Made by a program: the position numbers and the translations under genes. A stretch of 64,000 nt of DNA from Octopus sinensis (lineage: Eukaryota), in assembly GCF_006345805.1 (NCBI RefSeq), contig NC_043001.1, positions 75,330,001 to 75,394,000 of the forward strand, in the 5' to 3' direction. Below are positions 27,438 to 40,450 of the stretch, piece by piece. Below the pieces are notes generated by a model, which had not been told where the DNA came from, ran no database searches, and worked only from the letters and a program-made list of their open reading frames with translations. How positions within the stretch are numbered: position 1 is the stretch's first letter; each line of letters opens with the position of its first letter.

Positions 27438-27679
27438 TTCCTATCATAGTAGGTGCATTAGGCATGATAAAAAAATATTCAGACAAATACATAACAAAAA
27501 CACCAGGACTTACAAACACATATAACATACAGATGCACTACTAGGCACTGCACACATCCTACGCAGAACACTTTCCATACAATAACCATCAGAGCATCAC
27601 AACAAATCACAACACATACCCAAGGCACACAGAGCTGCGCTCGGTAGTGAAGTGAAAGCACGCTATAAGAATAAAACTA

Positions 27680-27682
<3 letters not shown>
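27436..27682 (+). mobile_element. Dong/R4-like non-LTR retrotransposon extreme 3' fragment inside (AAT)n
   Basis: Reads IPIIVGALGMIKK...LLGTAHILRRTL (RLE C-terminus) and an aataaa 3' end, with long (AAT)n on both sides. Confidence 0.75.
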
Positions 27683-27750
<68 letters not shown>

Positions 27751-28086
27751 CATTGAAAAATAATTTAGGAATGAGAACCTAGGTTCGAAATTTCCCCAAG
27801 ATACCTGAAGAAGATGAGGACAAATATCCGTCGAATGTAAATAATGTAAATAATGTGCATAATTCCTCATCTCTTAAATATAGAACAGTATTATCCTTCT
27901 TACTTACCTGAATTTCATTCAACTTACTTCGAGCTGTGTTGATAATACCGCACTGAGTTGGTGCCTCAACTTAAGCACCTAATTCTTTAACAGAAAGGAA
28001 TAAGAGAAACTAAACAGAACAGAGAGAGAATGAAAGAACTTGTAGAGTTCAGCGGTCCAACATGGCGAATATATATATATATATAT

Positions 28087-31000
28087 ACTTTGATACTTTG
28101 ATACTTTGATAGGTTTCGGCCATTATTGGCCCAGGCCATGTCTAACTTAATAGCACCACCTGGTGAAGTCTTTCAAGTCAGAATTTGGGCACTATGGCCC
28201 ACTCAAGTAGAGAGTTATTGTTTACAGAGACATATCCGGGTGTAGGGGGTTTATCGGGATTTCTTGAAGGATCTGTCCAAAGACTTCTTGAACCCTATAG
28301 GGTCAGTTTCTGTTTTAATGTGTTTTGGTGTAATGTTAAGAGAGCGGGGGCCAATTGAGGTGAAATAATTGTGCCGTATTGTTATGAGATGAGAGTGCGA
28401 TTTTTGTTTTGGGCGGATGGCACGGGGCCCAAGCCTTGGATGTACCTTAAAGGTGATGCCAACATCATTTGGGCAATGCTGATGGAATATTTTCCACATC
28501 ATGCAGATGATGTAGCTCTCACGACGACGTTGGAGAGAATAAAGTTTTAGCTTTTCTAGTCGACCCCAATAGTCGAGGCCTGTCATGCCATCTATCTTTT
28601 TTGTGATTGCCCTTTGAGGTGCTTCAACTTTTATGATACTTTGTATTGTGTGGGGAGACCACAGTGGACAACAGTATTCAAGGTGGGGTCGGGCAAAAGT
28701 GGAGAAGAGAAGGATAATGGTGTGGATATCTCCGACTGGAAAGTTCTGAGAATCCAGGAACACATTCTGCGGGCCATGTCATTTGGTTGGTTTTATATGA
28801 GTGGCCCAGCTTATGTTGTTGTCCACAATTACTCCAAGTCTCTGATGTTGTTGGACGCCGCGAGAGTTTCACCTGAAGGAAGGGAGTATGGGAGTTTCAG
28901 GCATTCTCTTTTCCAAAGTGGATTAACTCAAATTTATCCTCGTTCAGCAGCATATTGTTTTTTTTTCTGCCCATTGGATAACAGCCAGTAGATCTGGACT
29001 GAAGGCATGTCCGGTCCACTCGCCTCATTTATGACCTTCTGTAGCTTGGAATCATCTGCAAAGATTTTTATGTTGCTGTGCTTGATGATGTCATTAATGT
29101 CATTAATGTAGATGATGAAAAGAAGTGGGCCCAGCACAGTGCCTTGCGGAACGCCACTACTGACTTTGGCTGGGCTTGATTTTACCCTTCAACTACAACA
29201 TGTTGAGATCTGTCTGTCAGGAAACACTTGATCCATTTCAGTAACTTTCCAGAGACACCAATGTTGGATAGTGTTTTTCAATAGGATCTTGTGATCGACC
29301 CTGTCGAAGGCCTTACTGAAATCAAGGTAGATGACATCGGTGTTGGAGCCCTCTCCCAAAGCTCTCAAAATGTCATCAAAGTGATGCAGGAGCTGCGTTA
29401 GGCAGTCCCTTCCATTACGGAACCCATGTTGGTTAGAGATCAGCCGTCTGTTGCTTTCCAGAAATTGGTTACGAGATCTCATCACACCACCCTCTCAAAT
29501 ACCTTGATGATATGAGAGGTGAGTGAGATCTGACGGTAGTTCACTGCAAGGGACTGTGTTCCCTTTTTGAAAACTGGGACAACAGACTGGGACAGAAGGT
29601 TTTTTGGAATATAGCCAGCATCCAGTGAGTTTCTCACAGATTAGCAAGGGGAGATGCAAGTTGGGTCGACACATCTTCAGGACACAAGCAGGGAACCTAT
29701 CGGGGCCTACTGCTGAATTGTGTTTTATTTCGTTTATCGCCGCTAAGACATCAGGGGCACTAAACGTTATGTCCGATATAGTGTGTTGGGGGTTGACATC
29801 ACTGATACAAGCCCAGATCGGCCATATCAGGATTGCTGAAAACAGAGCAGTATTGTTTCTTCATGCAGTATCTCGGCCATGGATTTGGCATTATCTTGGA
29901 AAGTGCCAGTTTCATCAATTAGAGGGCCTACAATGGAGACAGTGACCCTGCGTTCCTCGCAAATGAAAAGACATTTTGGGGTTGAGTTTGATTTTTTCAA
30001 TGCCCACTTCTCCTCAGCTGATCTTTGTTATTGATGAGGGTCTTCATGCATTGTTGGAGGTTATATTTTTTGGATTCAAGCAGTGCGATAGCCGTCGAAT
30101 GTGTGTGTCGCTGTTGGCAGTACTTTAGTTTGTTAATTTTTTTGTTTGTTCTTTTTATTTTTCTGATAATGGTTTTTCTGTTTTGGGGGATTCTGCACTT
30201 TTTGTTCACAGGTCTTGGTGGGGAGTGTTTTGCACATATGTCTGTGACGGTGTCTACAAAGATCTGCTAGGATGTTTTATGGTTGGTGGAGATGTGTGTA
30301 TGTGTAAAGGACCAGTCAACATGTGATAGCTCGTTCCTGATTGCATCCCAGTTGGCATTATGGAGATCCATGTTGTCAAATGGGTGGGCTGGAGGGAGGT
30401 CACTAGGATTAGCTTTCGGCTGGTGGAATTTCATGTTACACAGAACCATGTCATGGTCTGAAAGAAGGGTTTTTTCCACTGTAACGTTATGTATAGTGTT
30501 AGTGTGGTTACTAACCCTAGGTCCAAAATGTTCTTTGATGTCTTGTTGGTGCAAGGACAAGTTGGGACAAGAAAAACTCGTTCGTAAAGTCGAAAAGTGA
30601 CTCTGCTCTGCTTCTTTGTCAGCGGTTGAGGCGGGAGTGCTTGGTTTCAAACAGTTTGTAGTCCAGTCAACACAGGGTAGATTGAAGTCTCCCATCATGA
30701 GTAGGTTGCTAGAATGGCACTGTTGAATAAAGCACTTAATGCTGTTGAGGCATTCTTTAAAGCACAGTATGGGTGTTTGGGGTGGCCTATAGAGCCCAGT
30801 TACTGTCAGGTAATTGGCTTTGTTGTGCACGGTGACTGATTCACAGTAGCCGTTGGAGAATATACTATTTCCATCTGCCGTAAACGAATCATGCAGGAAA
30901 ATGGCAGTTCCACCCTTCCTTCTGCCGATACGATCCGCACGGATGGTTGTGAAATTCTTCACTCTCACTTCGGCTTCCAAGTGGGAGTTGTCAAGGTGGG

Positions 31001-31160
31001 TCTCAGTGAGAATGAAGAAAGGGATGTGGTGTGGTTGGTTACCAACCCAGTCTTCAATGAATTGGACCTTCCATTTTTGTGCATTGATGGAAGGGCTGAC
31101 ACCTTGTGCATTGAGTAGAAATGTGGAGGTTAGTGTAGTGGCTGGTTTTGACTGTTGCAA
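28087..31160 (-). mobile_element. CR1-group LINE ORF2 pseudogene (APE endonuclease + RT)
   Basis: APE motifs LTETHL, GGTAIF, LYRPP, MGDFNLP, LSDHD; RT motifs NQHGFR, YLDFSKAFDRVDH, GVPQGTVLGPLLF, FADDSKL, RPHLEYC. Frameshifted, with a 3' tail (ATCAAAGT)3. Confidence 0.92.
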
Positions 31161-31250
31161 TATTATATATATATATGTATAATATATATATATAATATAA
31201 AATATATATATACAATATATGTTTGTATATATATATATATAATATATATA

Positions 31251-31290
<40 letters not shown>

Positions 31291-32121
31291 ATATATATAT
31301 ATAATATATCTATACAAATATATATAGATATGTATAGATATGTACATATATATATATATGTTTTATGTAAATATATATATGCATAAATGTATATATGTAT
31401 ATATATGTAGGTATATCTATGCATATATATGTATGTATGTATATATATGTATATATACGTATGTATATCTATGTATGTATATCTATATATATATATGTAT
31501 ATGCATATATATATGTAGATATATATATGTATGTATATGCATACATATATATGTATGTATGTATATTTTTTATCTTCTACTTTTTTCTGGCATAGCCTTA
31601 AAGGGTTTAGTCAAACAAAGATTTCCCAGAACTTAGTCTCTCTTATCTGTGGTACTTATTGCAATGATCTGTATATGAAATACGCATACATATGACGAAT
31701 TTCCACACAATTTCCATCTACCAAATTCACTCATAAATCATCGTTGTAGCAGACACTTGCGTAAGGTGTCATCTTCCGGGACTGAACTGACAGCAAAATA
31801 ATCATCTTAACCACACAGTCATACTTGCTCCTATAATCAAATACAAACGTATGCACACACGGGTATTCTCAAAATTCTTATTCTTCACACTTTATTTCGC
31901 TTACGTTCCTTCTTCGCTTTCTCAATCAATTTTTCTTACACTTTTTTATCGACGTTTCCTTTGCTCAACTCTCTGCCTCCACATTATCTCCTCAGGATTG
32001 TTTACATATATTATCATAGTGATATGATACATTTTCCAAACGCTCTCTCTGTTTAATTTTCACCCTTTCTCCTCTTTCACCCACTCTCTCACCCCCCTCT
32101 ATCTCACCCCCTCTCTCTCTG

Positions 32122-32188
<67 letters not shown>

Positions 32189-33299
32189 GTCTGTCTATCT
32201 ATCTATCTTTCTATCTATCTGTAAATTCCTCTTTCCGTTCTTACTCTTAATTTTCTCTATTCCTCTTCCTCCTCTCAATTTTTATTTCCTTCTTCAAAAT
32301 TAGTATATCTTTCCTCTTGCATCCCAACTTTCCTAATGCTTATCCTCTTCTCCAACTCATTTACCACGCCTAATTATTTCTCCTTTAATCTCCATTGCTC
32401 TCCCCAATTCTTTTTATTTTCTTTGCCTGAAAATCCTACCTTGGAATATCTCTCAATAACAGTGGCGTCAGCGAGATTATCACCTCTCGCCCACCGAAAC
32501 CGTATGTTTAATTGACTATACAAGAGACAGCAATCTCTTCTACGTGACCATCCATACACCCTTCTGATTAGTAACTCGTGACGTAAGTACATATCTAATA
32601 TGTAAAACAAAAATAAAATAATATAAAATTCTATTTATTACGATATGAGCTGTCGTGGACCAGATAGGGAGAGTGTTCGGCAAAATACCCCTGGCAAAAT
32701 ACTGTGGGCGCCGGACAAAATGCATTGCAGCATTTCTTCCGGCTCTTTACTGACCGACTTCAAATTTCACCGAGTTCCACTTGGTTTTCTATGTCTTTCA
32801 GAGTTGATAGAATTCAGTACCACTCATGTACAGAGGTAGATAAAATCGAGAATTCCCTTTACCATTAAAATGGCTGACCTTTGCCAAAGTCTGACAAAAA
32901 AGCAAAATTAAAAAAAAAAGTATTATATATCGTAAAGTCTAATTTCAAATACCGCCGACATCAATTTTGCTTTTCAATCTAATGGCAGTCGGTAAAATAA
33001 AATATCAGTCAAGTACTGGTTTCGATAAAATCTGCTATTCGCCCACAGAATTACTGGCCTTGTGCCAAAATTTGAAAAACAAAGAAAGTCTCATGACGTA
33101 AAGCGTATTGGGTTCAAATCACGCACATATAAACTATGTCTGTGACCCTAACGCAATTAATAAAATAGGTGTTAAATGGTCAAACAAGAAGTGGGAACAA
33201 GAAATGAGTCTGTAATTGATCGTACGGTGTTGCATCAGCAAAACTGAAACGAGAAAAGCAACGAAAATAATATTATTTCACCATTTCCCGTCTTATAGG

Positions 33300-33860
33300 C
33301 GTAGTCATGTCTTTGTAGTTAAGATGCCTGCTTTGCAACCACGTGGTTTTGGGTTCAGTTTCTCTGCACGTAGCAATTTGAGCAGGTGTTTTTTTACTAT
33401 GACATGAGACCGACCAATGCCTTGTGGGTAAATTAGCAAAGCAGAAACTGCGTAGAAGCACACTATATATCGTTTAATTGTTTCAGTCAGTAGACTGCGA
33501 CCATGCTGGGGCACCGGCTTAAAGAATTAACAGTCGAATTTATCGATCCAAGTACTTTTTTTAAAGCCTGATACTTATTCTATCGATCTCTTTTTCTGAC
33601 CTGCTAAGTGACGTAAACACACCAATACCGGTTTTCAAGTGGTGGAGGGGAGGGACAAACATAGACACTCATACATAGATATATGCATATTTACATACGA
33701 TAGGCTTCTTTCAGTTTCCGTCTAGAAAAACTACTCATAAGGCTTTGGTCGGGCTGCGGTTATAATAGAAGACACGTGCCCAAGATGCCAAGGTGTCTGT
33801 ATATATCTGTGTGTGAGAGTGTATGACTGCAGTTCAATGACTGAAACAAGTAAGATATAT
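33300..33860 (+). mobile_element. Degenerate CORE-like SINE pieces in both orientations
   Basis: Similar to 1953-2450. Confidence 0.6.
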
Positions 33861-34612
33861 CACTGACAAATCTTCACAGAAATGTTGTATTCATACTTTG
33901 TACAGATTCGTCTACATCCTTTATCCATTCCATTCAAACTATGAGTTTTAAGACGTGTGACTCATTCCTTGAGTGCAAAGAATTTCTTTATTTCCTTAAT
34001 ATTCAAACAAGGAATTGCAACAGATTTATTTTACTCTTTTTTAGACTGTAAATATTACAGAAGACGAAGAGAAAAGACAAAACTAGACAAAAAAGAAAAG
34101 AAAAATAACAGACTTTATATCACTTTATGAATGTTTGTACAAACGCATTGAAGTTGTTGATTGGACGTTTCATCAAGTGGAATATTCATATATCCGGCTA
34201 TTAGTTTGCAGTTAGATGGATTCCCTTTCAATTTAAGTAAATAACTATTGACAGATTTAACAATATTTGGCTCCATCCGTTCGGTAATCGATCAAATCAA
34301 CACAAATAGATGAGGAAGACTGAAGAAAGAGAAAAACTATTTTATCACCAATCCTTCTCTATTTCTCGTTCTCTTTCACCTGGTTACACAAACACACATA
34401 CACATACACACGTATAAATAGCTACATACATCCATACATACATGCAGATATATTCTATGTGTGTGTGTATATGTACACACACACATATATGTATATATAT
34501 ATAGATAGATAGATAGAAAGATAGATAAACTTACTTGGAAATGGATGCGTGGCGTTCAATCATATAATAATATAAATAATATATATATGCATATATACAC
34601 ACATATATGTAC

Positions 34613-34678
<66 letters not shown>

Positions 34679-34695
34679 ATATATATATATTATAT

Positions 34696-34734
<39 letters not shown>

Positions 34735-34738
<4 letters not shown>

Positions 34739-35113
34739 GAAAGAATGGAGTCGAACGACGATTTAACAAAATTCCTTTATTCTCGACATATGTTCGAAGA
34801 CTGCATATTCTCAATTCCGAAGGAATAAAGGGTGCATTATGCCGCCTTCTCATCAGGAAAAACAAGGAACTTATGTCAGCATCATGACGAACAAAAACTT
34901 TTAGATGACTGCCCACTATGGACTCCGTGTGGGCAGTCATCTAAAAGTTTTTGTTCGTCATGATGCAGACATAAGTTCCTTGTTTTTCCTGATGAGAAGG
35001 CGGCATAATGCACCCTTTATTCCTTCGGAATTGAGAATATGCAGTCTTCGAAACATATGTCGAGAATAAAGGAATTTTGTTAAATCGTCGTTCGACTCCA
35101 TTCTTTCATTTAT
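34735..35113. repeat. Near-perfect ~380-bp palindrome (inverted PLE pLTR-like pair)
   Basis: The arms differ at only ~2 visible positions outside the centre (~34920). The left end abuts (TA)n. Confidence 0.9.
34978..35072 (+). ncRNA. Type I hammerhead ribozyme with minimal helix III
   Basis: ccttgtttttc-CTGATGA(34989)-gaaggcggcat...atgcagtcttc-GAAAC(35050)-atat-GTC-gagaataaagg. Confidence 0.82.
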
Positions 35114-35293
35114 TTATAGTAAAAAAACACACAAATTTCCACACGAAAGCACGTGATTTCTGCCCTTGGCATGTAGCTTCAACCGTGATTTCTGACGTAA
35201 ATTTGCTACCCGGGTATCGGTTAACCGAATTATCCATACTTGGGTAATTCATTCAACTACTTAAACACATATATTTATATACATACATACATG

Positions 35294-35373
<80 letters not shown>

Positions 35374-35380
35374 GATACAT

Positions 35381-35439
<59 letters not shown>

Positions 35440-35479
35440 ATTAAGGTTGAAAAGGAACACACAAGTTGATATTTATATA

Positions 35480-38400
35480 TATGGAAAAAAAGTCAAGGTA
35501 GAAAATGCTACAATAATATTTTTAAAAAACATTTCAGTAGCGGTTTCAATCATTGAGACTTTTGTCAACTGTAAGTATGGAAAACAATTAAATTTTGGAA
35601 AGATTGAATGATATGTACTTTAAAAGAATATTTGCATAGTATTCAAATACAAGGGACATTTTCACTGTTTCTGCCTGTCTCTGACTCTCTTGTTTACCCT
35701 TGTGGGTTTGAGGTCGTTGTGAATTCTTGGCAGAGAAGAAGAAGAAGAAGAAGAAGAAGAAGAAGAAAATAATGCGGGCGTGCTATGATACTAGTAGGAT
35801 GTTAAATGGCCAAGTGCCCTGAAAGTGATTCGTGGATGGTAGTAGTGATTGAATTCTTGAGCTATCTCTTTCGAATGTATTGTTTATAATAGTTGCGTAG
35901 GTGTTTCTCTAAACAGCAGTAGTGGTAAAGTAAGGGAGGAGGTGGCGGAGAGCAAGAAGAAGACGAAGAAGAAAGAGACAGAATAAGAGAATGCAGGATG
36001 GTAGGATAGTAGTAGGATGTTAAATGGCCAGGTGATCTAAAATTGATCGTTGTGAATTATAGAAGTGATTTGGGACTGTTTTTAATTAATTCTTGGGATC
36101 TCTTTTGAATGTATCATTTTAAATACTTGTATATGTGTTTATTCTAAGGTCGTGGTGGATATGTCATTTGTTGTAGATGCGTTCAAAAGGGGTCTGTATT
36201 TTGTAATAAAGAGGGGATTCTTTACTAATTCGCTATCTACAGGTTGTATCGTACCTGAATTGATAAAGGGGAAAATTTCGAAGCTTGGATTTTTGTTATT
36301 GTTGCAAATGTCGATGGTTTGGCTGAATGCTATTTTTCTGTTTTTTTAAATCTTGATCTGGGATCTGTGCCGAGCCATCCTTTGTCGTGTAGACTGTTTT
36401 TTGTTTGGCCTATGTATTGCTCTTGACACCCAGGGCAGGTTTCTGCGTACATCAGGTTCTCCGAAGCACATGTTAAGCTGCTTTTCACTGTGAAACGTTG
36501 TCCCTGTTTGAAGGAGAACACTGATCCCTCAATTAAATTGACACATATCTCACAGTTGGGTCTTCCGCATTTTCTTACTGACGGCTTCAGTGTTGTTGTT
36601 GAGCATATTCGGGCTTGTGTTAGAAGACTTTTCATAGATTTGGGCTGTCTCTTGCTTTTTATGATGGTGTGTGTTTAGAGGATTAAGTTCATTATGTGGT
36701 CTTTTTTTTACCAGGAGAATGTTTTGAAGGATGGTTTCGAAGGCTTCATTGTTAAGAGGGTTGTATGTGGAGATGTATGGTAGGGCCTTTTATGGTAAAT
36801 CCTTCTTTAATTTAGGATGTCTGAGTTCGTGGATGCTGAGTTGTAGGCATGTTGAAAGCATATGTCAGTTAGTGAAGGTGGGTACTCCCTGGTGATGAGT
36901 GTATCCTTTAGTTCATGTAGTCGTGTGTCCCCGGTGTTTGCATTAGAAACTATATTACATATCATTTTTGCTAGATTGAAGGGGATATTCATTCTGGTGT
37001 GTCTGCAGTGGTGTGTGTTGAACAGTATATATTTCTAAGGCGGCGAGCTGGCAGAAACGTTAGCACGCCGGGCGAAATGCTTAGCGGTATTTCGTCTGCC
37101 GTTACGTTGTGAGTTCAAATTCCGCCGAGGTCGACTTTGCCTTTCATCCTTTCGGGGTCGATAAATTAAGTACCAGTTACGCACTGGGGTCGATGTAATC
37201 GACTTAATACCTATGTCTGTCCTTGTTTGTCCCCTCTGTGTTTAGCCCCTTGTGGGTAATAATGAAATAGGTATATATTTCTTAGAGTACGTGGGCCTAT
37301 AGTGTATATTTGTTTCTATCACGTTGCTAGATTTCTTAATAAAGATGTCGAGGAAGGGATGTTGTTGATGGCTATATTCCATCGTGAATTGAATGTTTAC
37401 GTCAAGTCCATTTATAAGTGCTTGAAATTCTCTCTATACTTTCATGCCAAAGAATGAAACAGTCATCCAAGTATCTGTTCCAGTTATTTTCTATGTTGAG
37501 GGAGAATGGGCTGCCGTATTTTGCTAGAAACTTACGATATAGACTAATTTATAGATATCCCATGACTAGGTTAGCAAAGGAGGGGGCCATTTGCGTACTC
37601 CTTGCAGTGCCCGATTTTTTTCGATAGAAGTTGTCTTTGAAGACGAATTAGTTATTCTCCAAGATAAATTTAAGCCTTTCTATCACGAATTCTGTTTTGA
37701 TGCGATGTGGGAGTTCGTTGGCGTAATTCTCCAACCAGAATTGAATTGCCTCTATTCCTAGGTTGTAGGGGATATTGGAATAGAGGTTGACTACATCGAA
37801 GGATACTAGTAGGATGCTTTTGTTTATTGTTTCAAGAAGGTGATTGAGCATATCCAGGTCGTCCCTTATGTAGCTTTTGACATGTTTGAGGAATGGTTTT
37901 CAGAGGGTATCTAAAAAGTTACTGAGGCGGTGGGTTTCGCATGCGGGACCTGCTATTACAGGTCTCAATCTGAAGTCATTAGGAGTAGAGGCTTTGATTA
38001 TTATGCCTGTGGCTTCCCTGCATGCGTTACTTACTTTCTCACTTTTGTGTATCTTGGGAATACTGTAGAATTGACTGGTTTTACTTTTGAAATTGGTCAT
38101 ATAGTTATATTCGTTATCGGTGAGCCCTTCTCTGTATGGGTTTGATATGGATTTTAGGTCTCTCATTATTTTCTGCTGACTAAATAGTATTTGGCCTTTT
38201 CATAATATGTTGTGTCTTCTAATATGGATAGTACAAGAGTTATATAGTATACCGTATCCATTATGACAACTGCACCCCACTTATCAGCTTCTTTGATTGT
38301 TAATGTTTTCTCATCTTTTAATTTGTTCAGCTCACCCATTCTTCTTTGCTGATTTTTTTTGTCGTTTTGTTTGTGCATTTGTTGATATGGGTAATTCGAA

Positions 38401-39835
38401 ATGTATTCACAGAAATGATCAACAGTTTTGTTCTTAACTTTTTATTGGGTGTAGTTACTTTTATTTCGGACCAACGATTCGTCCTCGTTGTATTTGTCAT
38501 ATAGCTTCTAGTGAGTCGTAATTTTCTACAGAATTCCGCGATATCGTCTTTCATTTCGTTGTAGTTGTGGCGTTGTGGGGTGGGTGTAAACTTGAGCCCT
38601 TTGGAGAGTATATTGATTTGGTTTGCTGTTAGTTCTTTGTGAGTTAGATTGATAATGTTTAGGACTTTTGGTTCCTCTCGTCTGTTTGGTGCTATCTCGT
38701 GTCTCTGTGTTTGCGTATTGGGTCTAAAAAATGTTTGCGGTGGTTGGGACGGTAGCTGTTATGTACTTGTTCCTTATTGCTACGGGGTGCTGTGTTGTGA
38801 TTTATGGCGCGGGTTCTTGGAACGGTATTGAAAGGTGTGTCCCCATATTCCATGTTCGTATGTGGTGTTTTAGGGGGCCGTCGTTGGTAATTATTGCGTG
38901 TGGTACGGGTTTGTTGTGCATGGTGGTTTAGTAGATTGTTGGAATGAAAATTTCGTTGGTAACTCCTTATGGGGGGGAGGAGGTTGCAATGTCTATCCTG
39001 CGGGTAGTCATTTTTCCTTTCTTTGTTTGAAGCTGGGGTACTCCCGATATTGTATCGCTGGTGGCTTACAAAGTTAGGGTCAGGTCTTGTATTCTTTTTT
39101 GGTAGGGGTGATGGTTCCGTTTTTTAGATGGGTGTGAATCAGTATTTGAGTGTTGTTTTGATTTTCTTATTTTCAGGAAAGGTTTGTTGCAAGTGTGTTC
39201 TGTTTCAAAGATGGTTTCAAAGTTTGAGAACCAAGAGGCGCTTTTCTTCCAGCGTTGGAGGGATTTCAGTTCTTCTTTATCACAATCCTCTTTCCATAGT
39301 TTGGAGACCTTCTCTTGATTGAGGCCGTGGGTCCTTTTACAAATTTCTTGGTTGATGTCTTCATCGATGGATTTTACATTTTCTTCATTCGCCCTCAATT
39401 TTAGAAGTTCTGTTTCCATTTTCATTTTTTCCGGTGCCATTCTTTCCCTAAGGCGTCTTTGTGTTTCAGGTTCATCTGTAATGGCTTTGATCTGAGCTTA
39501 CGTGGGAGTTTTAACGGTGTCCGATTGAACCAATTTTCGTATACATCCGCTTTGTTGTTGTTTTGGATCATCTTCCAAAAGGCGAACTTTCTATCTTCGA
39601 GTGATTTTTTCCATTGTGGTACTATGTGGTGTTTCATTTGATAAGTTGTTAGAGTATTGATCCCATATGCTGCCTCGTTTGGAGGTCCTTGGTTCGCATT
39701 GTTAGAGAAAAATGTTCTGACTATTTCGCATAAGTTTCCAAGGTTTTGGTCGATTTCAGAGGTTGTAATTTTCGCATCGATTTCCTCATTGTTCTCTCGA
39801 TTGGGTTTGTGTGTCTTATGAAAACCGAAACACAC
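35480..39835 (-). mobile_element. Near full-length degenerate Penelope-like element (Neptune-like): RT + Cys linker + GIY-YIG
   Basis: Motifs LSKGLKFTPTP, KEADKWGAVVIMD, LRPVIAG, SFDVVNLYSNIP, MAPSFANLVMG, RYLDDCF, KCGRPNCEIC, CQEQYIGQT. A degenerate hammerhead-like motif lies at ~35532-35576 (-). Confidence 0.92.
37037..37271 (+). mobile_element. Full-length tRNA-derived Nin-domain-like SINE inserted in the PLE
   Basis: A/B-box-like head, core gcctttcatcctttcggggtcgataaattaagtacc, and TSD gtatatatttct. Confidence 0.88.
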
Positions 39836-39849
39836 TCAAGGTACATTAA

Positions 39850-40450
39850 ATAGTCTTCCATTTCTCTCAACATACAATCCACGAAATACAGAAGCTTACA
39901 CGATTATATACAAGAACATCCCACTACTGAGTCATGACCCACGTCTAAAAAAGCTCTCGAAACCCATAAAATAATAAAAAGCAAGAGACACCCCAAATCC
40001 CTAAAAATCTTACTCTCCAATGCAAAATTACACAACAAAAGCCCAACACCCATCGTCAAAAAATGTGGTCGATCTAACTGCAGGACTTGCATCCATATCA
40101 TTGAAGGAACATTATACAAATCGCAGTCGAAACACGCTTTTGTCATTAAAAAAACTTCACCTGCGCATCAAAGAATTTACTTTATGTCATTAGCTGTGAA
40201 GAGTGTCACAAAGGCTACATAGGACAGACTAGTCTTACTCTCAGAGATAGGATGACAGTCCACCGCCAACAATTGAGGGAACCCACCACAAGACAGATAC
40301 CACTTAGTGGCCACTTAGATATCTGTGCACTAAACAAGTCCCCCAAATTCCTAGTTTCCCCACTGTACCAATGCTCAGACAACACCACTGATGAAACACG
40401 AATAAATAAGGAAAATATACTCATCAAAAATACAGACCACAACTCAACAT
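39850..40450 (+). mobile_element. PLE GIY-YIG endonuclease fragment of a different subfamily, head-to-head with the minus-strand PLE
   Basis: LPFLSTYNP...KKCGRSNCRTC...CEECHKGYIGQTSLTLRDRMTVHRQQ...RINKENILI. Confidence 0.85.

Noticed and set aside
30267-31424. 385-aa ORF as a host gene
   Set aside because: The N-terminus is (TA)n translation and the remainder is the LINE APE domain.
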